This document shows, piece after piece, positions 1 to 6,747 of a stretch of DNA of 25,619 bases (position 1 is its first letter; each line of letters begins with the position of its first letter). Location of the stretch: positions 1-25,619 of the IMG/VR virus record IMGVR_UViG_3300029823_000017; one strand, given 5' to 3'. The DNA comes from a virus (Duplodnaviria > Caudoviricetes). Below the pieces are notes generated by a model. It saw only the letters and a list, made by a program, of their open reading frames with translations. It ran no database searches and was not told the origin of the DNA. A program made the translations under genes and the position numbers.

Positions 1-190
1 GGGAAACGATCGATCATATTAAGCATAATGAAACTTGGAATATTATTTAATTAAATCCTAAACCTAATTATTAAAGTTAAGAGACTATCCCGTAAGGGAG
101 TACATTTAAGGTGAAATTCCTTATTTGGAAGTGCCATATGGCTAAACCTATCTTATAAATAGGCATGTCAAAGATATAGCCCATTTCAGG
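1..190 (+). ncRNA. Group I intron (IA2-like), 3' portion; 5' part lies upstream of the window
   Basis: P7 5' strand GAGACTA (81-87); P7.1 hairpin TCCC-GTAA-GGGA then GTA (88-102), like T4 td GACTATCCC..GGGAGTA; P7.2-like TAAGG..CCTTA hairpin; J8/7-P7' AAGATATAGCCC (171-182); G at 189/190 directly before in-frame DTDGD; RNAP frame closed by TAA at 143-145. Confidence 0.8.
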
Positions 191-1147
191 GACACCGATG
201 GCGATGCCGTCTATCTGAATTTTGATTCAATGTTATATGATTCAAAGATACATAAGACTATGATTATTGATGTTGATGACAAAGCAACAGTAAAAGAAAA
301 ACCATATAACAAAGATTCAATAGTAGAATATGAGATGAACAGTAGAGACAATCGTATTGGAGAAATTACAAATGTAGCAACAAGTATTTTGAACAAATAT
401 ACTACAAATCCAAAATACACAAAGCAATATGCTGACTATGTATCTTTGTTAAGGATATTTCAAGGTAAGGAAATTGATTTTCTAAAAACCGGACTACGTT
501 GGCAAATGAATAGAAAATTAAGGAATTACCTAAAACAATTACCGTACTTTTTGCTTTTTAATTATCCTAAAAAATTGAAGCAATATTATAAAATTAAGAA
601 TCATAACAAGGATATTGAAGACAAAAAAGACAGAATACCTTTAAATGCTTATCACTCCCCTTCCCCATTGAATGAACTTGCAGATTATGTATGTGCATGG
701 GAAAAGAAAAAAATTAAGTGGGATAGAAGTATAGTAAATACAAGCTGTTTGGTTGTTGATAATTCATTAAAACTAAATGATAAGGAAATACTTAAAAAAA
801 TTAGGCATTTAATAAATGATTTTACACAAGATTGGAGAAATGCTTGTAATAATTCCAACGATGAAGAATTGGATGTGATTATCAAAAACTATAAAAAGAA
901 GTTACAGCAACTTGTAGATGATCCTATTTTGCTTGCAAATTATGTAATTAAAGTAAGCTATTCAAACATGTCAACAAATAAAACATTAGCATGGAGTGGG
1001 TATGGAGATGTAATTTTAGATAATCTAAAAAAGAACACTCCTAAATGCAAAAACACTCAGATTATTGAAGTACCTGAATACATTGATAATGCTAAAGAAT
1101 ATCTAGGTAAATATTATTTAATGATGGAAGATGGTAAATGTGTATAG
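191..1147 (+). CDS. 3' exon of phage single-subunit RNA polymerase (SPbeta YonO-like, double-psi beta-barrel)
   Basis: Frame of ORF 230..1147 extends upstream to GAC ACC GAT GGC GAT (DTDGD, the DxDGD catalytic motif), followed by IGEITNVATS and QGKEIDFLKTG blocks typical of YonO/cellular RdRP-like polymerases; lies upstream of yonK/yonJ/terminase-like genes. Confidence 0.85.
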   Translation, partial: DTDGDAVYLNFDSMLYDSKIHKTMIIDVDDKATVKEKPYNKDSIVEYEMNSRDNRIGEITNVATSILNKYTTNPKYTKQYADYVSLLRIFQGKEIDFLKTGLRWQMNRKLRNYLKQLPYFLLFNYPKKLKQYYKIKNHNKDIEDKKDRIPLNAYHSPSPLNELADYVCAWEKKKIKWDRSIVNTSCLVVDNSLKLNDKEILKKIRHLINDFTQDWRNACNNSNDEELDVIIKNYKKKLQQLVDDPILLANYVIKVSYSNMSTNKTLAWSGYGDVILDNLKKNTPKCKNTQIIEVPEYIDNAKEYLGKYYLMMEDGKCV

Positions 1148-1997
1148 AATAAAAAACAAATATCTATATGAAATATTGGATGATTATAGAACATTAAATA
1201 ACAAAGAAGAAATATTTAAGTGTTTTATGAATGGTATATGGGATTGTAATAATTCAAGACAGATATATACAAAGTTTATTACATTTACTATGATTCCAGA
1301 GTTAGTTAATACGGATACAGGACAGATTTTCTATAATTATGTTAATATTCCCTACATAGCAAGTAAGACAATGACAACCAATAAAGATTATATCAACTTA
1401 ATACGACAAAAGATAAATAATATATACAATAATTATTGTGAGAAGAGATTGTGTACAAGAAAAGATTATATGGACTTATTGCATATTCCAAAACAATTAT
1501 ATTATAGATGGGAGAAGAACAATAAAGATGAGTGCATAAATAATTTACAAGATAAAATAGAAAAAAGTATAAGTAAGGCACAAGAGTTAAAAAATCAGTA
1601 TTCAAAACAAAAAATGAATTTAACATGGAAACAATATAAACCAATTGTTGAAGAAATTATACATAAAGCATTTGATAATTATATTTCATTAGATAAATAT
1701 GAAAATAAGAATGAATTTGTATTGGATACTGATTTGTGGACTGAAGACAATTTTTGTATTAGATATATTTGCAGATGTTTACAATATGGTATTAAAGACT
1801 ATCAAAAAAAATATTATGGTTTACCAATTATAGGATCATTGGATAAACGTAAATATAAGCGTTGTATAGATTGTGGAAATTTATTTTTGATTGATGGTAT
1901 TGTAAAAAATAAAAAGCGTTGTGATGAATGTCAAAAAAAATTAAGAGATCAACAAAATAAAAGAAAATCAGCAAAATATTATTATACTCATAAATAA
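1131..1997 (+). CDS. Hypothetical protein with C-terminal Zn ribbon (CIDC...CDEC) and basic tail
   Basis: 288-aa ORF overlapping the RNAP stop; two CxxC pairs followed by a K/R-rich helix. Confidence 0.7.
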   Translation: MVNVYRIKNKYLYEILDDYRTLNNKEEIFKCFMNGIWDCNNSRQIYTKFITFTMIPELVNTDTGQIFYNYVNIPYIASKTMTTNKDYINLIRQKINNIYNNYCEKRLCTRKDYMDLLHIPKQLYYRWEKNNKDECINNLQDKIEKSISKAQELKNQYSKQKMNLTWKQYKPIVEEIIHKAFDNYISLDKYENKNEFVLDTDLWTEDNFCIRYICRCLQYGIKDYQKKYYGLPIIGSLDKRKYKRCIDCGNLFLIDGIVKNKKRCDECQKKLRDQQNKRKSAKYYYTHK

Positions 1998-2130
1998 TTC
2001 TTACCAGTTTTAATTAGGTATAATTTATTAAATAACGTAATATTCATGCGATAAAATATACTTTACTTTTTACTCTATATATACAGTATGGAAAGACTAA
2101 AATATTAAATTATTTTTATCTTTTCTATCC

Positions 2131-2149
2131 CCTACCCCTTGTGGGTAGG
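2131..2149 (+). other. GC-rich hairpin in the leader of the downstream operon
   Basis: CCTACCC-CTTGT-GGGTAGG, extendable by TATCTT (2117-2122)/AAGATA (2152-2157); no U-tract. Confidence 0.5.
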
Positions 2150-2194
2150 TTAAGATATAAATACATATTAAAGGAAATGAATATTAACTAAAGA

Positions 2195-2407
2195 ATGATT
2201 GAAATCACAAAATCGGAAGCCAAAAAAATCAGGGATGAATATCCACAGGTTTGTATTAGTCGCACTATGAAACAGAATAGCAACAGAGGAAAAAGATATT
2301 GTCCAGAGTCAGATAAGTATCTTGAACTTATTGCTGATACTAATGAACGTGCGGCAGAGATTCTAAAACAGCATAAGAAATACAATATGAGATTCTATCA
2401 AAATTAA
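2195..2407 (+). CDS. Small phage hypothetical protein
   Basis: 70-aa ORF co-oriented and tightly packed with the following genes. Confidence 0.7.
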   Translation: MIEITKSEAKKIRDEYPQVCISRTMKQNSNRGKRYCPESDKYLELIADTNERAAEILKQHKKYNMRFYQN

Positions 2408-2429
2408 AAGAGAAAGAAGTAATTGTTTA

Positions 2430-2612
2430 ATGGCTGCAAAGATTAGCAAGAAAAATACACTTAATATTAAAGGCACACTTGATCTGTCAGATGGTATTGT
2501 TAAGATCGAAGTTGAAGGAAAAGATGAACCTGTTGTATTCGCTGATATTGCTAAAGAATTTGACGGATTAGATGTTAAGCTAACTGTTGATTATGGTCAG
2601 GATATTGTATAA
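2430..2612 (+). CDS. yonK: YonK-family protein
   Basis: 60 aa, pattern (NIKGTLDL...FADIAKEFDGLDVKLTV) resembles SPbeta YonK; directly precedes a YonJ-like phosphoesterase. Confidence 0.7.
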   Translation: MAAKISKKNTLNIKGTLDLSDGIVKIEVEGKDEPVVFADIAKEFDGLDVKLTVDYGQDIV

Positions 2613-2648
2613 CAATATATTAATTCCATATGAAGGGACTGACGAGTA

Positions 2649-3842
2649 ATATCGCAGGATGAATTTTTAGAAAAGCAGTTAGAATTACTTAAAGCACGAC
2701 AGAATCCAGATAATGATATTGAATGGCAAGATATAGCAGATGAACGTGCGAAGTATTATGGAAACGTTGAAAATCGTGATACTGTTCGCAAAGGTTCAAA
2801 ATTACTATATGAATATCTTGATAATGGGTGGAATTTAAGTAAGACCGATCCTGTTTCAAATAATACAGATATTGATGATAAAATTCGTGAACTACAAAAG
2901 GAAAGACATAAAAATCAGGCAACTGCTATTGAGCTAAATAGACTTAATAGGCAGCAAGATAGATTTGAATTGTTCTATGAAAATATAAAAGATGCAATTC
3001 AGGCATTACCTGTTCCCCATTTTAGGTATAATAGTTGTTTGTATGATAATCAAAAGGAATATGTTCTTAGTCTTGCAGACATTCATTGTGGTGCAAATTT
3101 TAAGAGTGAAAATAATGAATATTCATTAGAGATTTGTGCTAATAGATTTGACAAACTATTGAATTACATAATTGACTATGTGCAAGAACATAATATTACT
3201 AAATTAAATATTACAGAACTTGGTGATAGTGTTCAGGGGCTTATTCATATTACAGATGTAAAACTTAATGAAACGTCTGTAGTTGAAGCTGTTGTATATG
3301 TTGCAAAGTTAATTTCAAGTTTTCTAAATGATTTATCTGAATATTGTTACATTGATTATTATCATGTGCCAAGTGCTAATCATACACAGACTCGTTGTTT
3401 GGGTACTAAAGCGAATGAATTGGTTGCTGAAGATTTGGAATATGTAATTGCTAATTATATTAAAGATACTTTGGCTAAAAATGACCATATTAAAGTATAT
3501 ACAAATTTTGGACATGAATATATTGAGATTCCAATTTTTGATTTTAATGTAATTGCATTACACGGTCATCAGCTTAATAATGTTCAAAATTCGCTTAAAG
3601 ATTTGAGTATGTTACATAGGAAATTTTATGATTATGTTTTGACTGCCCATCTCCACGCTTCAAACGATGTGACTGTTGGCGAAGGTGATTCTAACGATAC
3701 AGAAGTGCTTGTGTGTCCTTCTTTTATTGGGAGTGATCCTTATTCAGATAAACTAATGAAAGGTTCTAAAGCGGCTTGTAAAGTGTTTACATTTGATGAT
3801 AAGAACGGTCATATAGGAACAGATAAAATTATTCTAAATTAG
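2649..3842 (+). CDS. YonJ-like calcineurin-fold metallophosphoesterase/nuclease; probable ATA start
   Basis: Motifs LADIHCG, LGDSVQG, ANH, LHGHQ, TAHLH. Frame is open from 2643 (TGA at 2640-2642) with SD GAAGGGA at 2632-2638 and ATA at 2649; the track's TTG start at 2970 omits about 107 coding-like codons. Confidence 0.8.
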   Translation: MSQDEFLEKQLELLKARQNPDNDIEWQDIADERAKYYGNVENRDTVRKGSKLLYEYLDNGWNLSKTDPVSNNTDIDDKIRELQKERHKNQATAIELNRLNRQQDRFELFYENIKDAIQALPVPHFRYNSCLYDNQKEYVLSLADIHCGANFKSENNEYSLEICANRFDKLLNYIIDYVQEHNITKLNITELGDSVQGLIHITDVKLNETSVVEAVVYVAKLISSFLNDLSEYCYIDYYHVPSANHTQTRCLGTKANELVAEDLEYVIANYIKDTLAKNDHIKVYTNFGHEYIEIPIFDFNVIALHGHQLNNVQNSLKDLSMLHRKFYDYVLTAHLHASNDVTVGEGDSNDTEVLVCPSFIGSDPYSDKLMKGSKAACKVFTFDDKNGHIGTDKIILN

Positions 3843-4092
3843 TATAATCTATCGTAAAATGCGATATAAAAGAAAACTCTCTGAGAAGAAAATAGTCTTT
3901 AAATAGATAGATAATTTATTTAGTTCTTAAATGAGTAGAATTTAAACAACCAATGATTATCGCATTATTTCCATTATGCGATTAATAAATGTGGAACCTT
4001 AATGCTACAGTTTGCATCGACCGTAATAGATGTGTCGTTACTAATTATTGACGGCGTTTATTTTAATAAAATATTAAAGGAGTTTTATATAA

Positions 4093-4365
4093 ATGCTTAA
4101 AAATGATGTTGTAAATTCAATTAGTGAAAAGTCTGGTCTTACGAAATCTGACTCTGAAAAGGCACTTGTAGCTTTTGAAGATGTTGTAAAGGAAGCAATG
4201 GAAGCAAACGAAGAGGTAAACCTTTCTGGATTTGTAAAGTTCTATGTAGCAGATGTTGCAGAGCGGCAGGGACACGACCCTCGTGCTAATAAGCCAATCA
4301 CTATTCCAGCACATAAGGCAGTAAAAGTGAGGATTGGTAAGAGTCTGAAGGAGTCTTGTAAGTAA
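4093..4365 (+). CDS. hup: HU-family histone-like DNA-binding protein
   Basis: 90 aa, ISEKSGLTKSDSEKAL...LSGFVKF...ERQGHDP...ITIPAHKAVK; SD AAGGAG upstream. Confidence 0.92.
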   Translation: MLKNDVVNSISEKSGLTKSDSEKALVAFEDVVKEAMEANEEVNLSGFVKFYVADVAERQGHDPRANKPITIPAHKAVKVRIGKSLKESCK

Positions 4366-4802
4366 TGAAAACTAAACTACATGAAGTAAAGGATTATTGC
4401 TGTATTCATGGGTTTGTTGATACGATTGTAGATAAGATTCTTGATCATGTTAATGATGATTCATATTCTATTGATATTATAGCGAATGGTGATTTGACAG
4501 AAGACCTTATTAGATGCCTTATGGCTATTGAAACTGACGATGATGGTTTTATGTTTAATATGCAGGATGTTGATTATAATGGGCTTGAATATAACGGTGA
4601 ATATGTACTAACTATTAACAATGATTTTGAACTTTGGTGTGAACCTGCCTATAGGGATAATGAATATGGCACAGGATATATTTATACTGAGTCAGATGAT
4701 TGTTTTGTATATGAGGATTCGAATAGAGAAGTAATGGACAAAATTGAATCTGGGAATGTTACTATTTTTGGATTTAAGGGTGATAACGAATTTGAAAATT
4801 AA
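4365..4802 (+). CDS. Acidic phage hypothetical protein
   Basis: 145-aa D/E/Y-rich ORF coupled to HU through TAATG. Confidence 0.75.
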   Translation: MKTKLHEVKDYCCIHGFVDTIVDKILDHVNDDSYSIDIIANGDLTEDLIRCLMAIETDDDGFMFNMQDVDYNGLEYNGEYVLTINNDFELWCEPAYRDNEYGTGYIYTESDDCFVYEDSNREVMDKIESGNVTIFGFKGDNEFEN

Positions 4803-4851
4803 ATGATTTATTCTAAAGGGAAGATTTTGAATGGTCTTCCCTACCCTATAT

Positions 4852-4925
4852 GTCATTATGGTGTAATGGTAGCATATCAGTTTTCCAAACTGATAGTGAC
4901 AGTCCGAATCTGTTTAATGACTCCA
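4852..4925 (+). tRNA. tRNA-Gly (anticodon TCC), atypical
   Basis: Acceptor GTCATTA/TAATGAC; D arm GTGT-AATGGTA-GCAT; anticodon arm TCAGT-TT TCC AA-ACTGA; T arm GACAG-TCCGAAT-CTGTT; discriminator T; encoded CCA (4923-4925). Confidence 0.88.
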
Positions 4926-4983
4926 TAGCAGATTTATTCTGCTAAATATTTTATTTTTTAAATTTTTAGGAGGTATTTTTATT

Positions 4984-5373
4984 ATGTTTTTCAATGATGA
5001 TTTTGACTCAATTTTTAACAGTATGGAGATGGGTTTTGGTAGACCCACAAAGATTATCTTTAACACTAATGGTATTAAAGATCAGATGCCGTCTTATTGG
5101 CGTAAAACAGAAAATGGCTATCGTTGTACGGTAAAAACGCTTGGAATTAACAATGATGATGTTTCTGTTGAAGTAGAAAACAATGGAATCAAGGTTTCAG
5201 GTAAAAGTGAAGTTGAGGGAGAATCTTATGATACTCTTATTGAACTTCCTATTGCAGAAGATGTAATAGACAACATTACAGAGATTAAACATAAAACAAT
5301 TAATGGTCTTACATTTGTTGATCTTATTGTAAATAGACCTGAAAAGAAAAAGATTAAAATTACAAAAGCGTAA
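4984..5373 (+). CDS. Hsp20/alpha-crystallin-like small heat shock protein
   Basis: 129 aa; F-rich N-terminus, LGINNDDVSVEVENNGIKVSGK, NGLTFVDL, C-terminal KKIKI (IxI) motif; SD AGGAGG. Confidence 0.75.
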   Translation: MFFNDDFDSIFNSMEMGFGRPTKIIFNTNGIKDQMPSYWRKTENGYRCTVKTLGINNDDVSVEVENNGIKVSGKSEVEGESYDTLIELPIAEDVIDNITEIKHKTINGLTFVDLIVNRPEKKKIKITKA

Positions 5374-5416
5374 ATGCTAATACGGACATTTCATTAGTGT
5401 CCAATAGATGCAAATT

Positions 5417-5451
5417 GAGGGCGGTAGGCAATAGCTTATCGCTCTTTTTAT
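5417..5451 (+). terminator. Intrinsic terminator after Hsp20-like gene
   Basis: GAGGGCGGTAGGC-AATA-GCTTATCGCTCTT stem running into a T-tract. Confidence 0.7.
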
Positions 5452-5663
5452 GATGTACTGCGAGAACACCCGTGACTTTAGTCATGGGATGAATCGCTTA
5501 CATATGTTGTTGGATATTTCAAATAAATGCTGATAAATACTTGACTTTTACAAGTACGGTAGGAACTACCGGAATTTACGCCTACGGACATTATGTAAGA
5601 CTGAATTAGTCAGCAATGATGGTTGAAATAGGAATCACGCGACTTTAGTCGTGGGAGGTTCAA
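5452..5663 (+). mobile_element. Non-autonomous IS605 derivative (PATE-like mini element), copy 1
   Basis: Follows TTTAT (5447-5451, one extra G); left end nearly identical to the IS605 at 24436; hairpins CCCGTGAC-TTTA-GTCATGGG and CACGCGAC-TTTA-GTCGTGGG; ends in TTCAA. Confidence 0.92.
5548..5663 (+). ncRNA. Putative TnpB omegaRNA scaffold (copy 1); guide would be the flank from 5664
   Basis: CGGTAG-GAA-CTACCG hairpin, CCTA..TAGG stem, internal hairpin, TTGAA (5623-5627) complementary to terminal TTCAA; occupies the IS605 right end. Confidence 0.72.
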
Positions 5664-5745
5664 ATGTGATTATTAAGGTAATAACTTGATAATTGCTAAA
5701 TAGAAGCGTGGTTTTATTTTAAATATTAGAAGGGAGATTTTTATT

Positions 5746-6747
5746 ATTTCTCAAGGTAGAAAAAAAATTGATAAAGTTAAGGAGAATACAAAATCTCCTA
5801 TTAGGATTAATACAGACATTAAAATAGAAAAGACTAATTATAAAGAAGAAGAACAAAAGGTTTTTTATTGTTCTTGTTGTGGAAAACCATATGATAAGCA
5901 AAAAGGGAATTTCCCTATTTCTTATTCCCCTTTTTATGCTGGTAATAACGGATATGTAACAATATGCAATAATTGCATTGAAAAATATTTTCCTAAACTT
6001 ACTGATTTTTTTAGTGGAAATGAAGAAAAAGCGATAGAAAGATTTGCTCAAATTTTTGATTGGTATTATCAAGAAAAGGCTGTAGCCGCGACAAGAAAAA
6101 TTAGTGCAGGTAGAAATAGAGTTAGAGGTTATCCAAGTAAAATGTGTTTACCTCAAACAAAAGATCATGGTACTACATATTTAGACACAATAAGAGATAG
6201 AGTTGATAATACTATTGGTTCTTTAGATAATTTACAAGAAGAACGAGAAAATGGACAAACAAATGTGAGTGATAAAATTGCAAAAAAATGGGGAATTGAT
6301 TTATTTTCCTCAAAAGAATGTAATATATTAGAAGATCATTATCAAATGTTAAAAAGACAGAATCCCAATTGTGATAGTAATCAAGAGATTTTTATTAAAG
6401 ATTTATGTTATACAAAACTTTATCAATTACAAGCTCTTAAAGATAAAAAACCAGATGATTTTAAAAAATTAACAGAATTATATCAGGATACATTTAAAAA
6501 AGCTGGTTTAAAAACAATACAAGAAACTGATTCAAGTAGTGATGAAACATTAGGAGTAACATTAGCAACTATAGCTCAATATACACCTGAAGAATATTAT
6601 AAAAATAAAAAATTATATAAGGATTTTGATAATATTGGGGATTATTTTAAAAGATTTGTATTAAGACCTTTCAAGAATTTAATTACAGGTTCTACTGAAA
6701 GAGATAAAGAATATTGTGTAAAAGATGATGAAAATGAAGAAGATTAA
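5746..6747 (+). CDS. Putative terminase small subunit (YonG-like) with N-terminal Zn finger; probable ATT start
   Basis: Frame open from 5704 with no ATG/GTG/TTG until 6142; SD AAGGGAG (5730-5736), ATT at 5743/5746; extension encodes CSCC...ICNNC; directly upstream of and overlapping terL. Confidence 0.72.
   Translation: MSQGRKKIDKVKENTKSPIRINTDIKIEKTNYKEEEQKVFYCSCCGKPYDKQKGNFPISYSPFYAGNNGYVTICNNCIEKYFPKLTDFFSGNEEKAIERFAQIFDWYYQEKAVAATRKISAGRNRVRGYPSKMCLPQTKDHGTTYLDTIRDRVDNTIGSLDNLQEERENGQTNVSDKIAKKWGIDLFSSKECNILEDHYQMLKRQNPNCDSNQEIFIKDLCYTKLYQLQALKDKKPDDFKKLTELYQDTFKKAGLKTIQETDSSSDETLGVTLATIAQYTPEEYYKNKKLYKDFDNIGDYFKRFVLRPFKNLITGSTERDKEYCVKDDENEED

Noticed and set aside
146-190. Intein C-terminus, or uninterrupted RNAP frame, before DTDGD
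   Set aside because: There is no His-Asn/Cys-Ser-Thr junction, the frame stops at 143-145, and group I core motifs are present.
2177-2191. Four-codon upstream ORF MNIN* in frame with 2195
   Set aside because: The SD abuts the ATG, and such mini-ORFs are expected by chance in AT-rich DNA.
3875-3900. Hammerhead-like CTGAGAAGAAA
   Set aside because: It does not match CUGANGA and lacks supporting stems.
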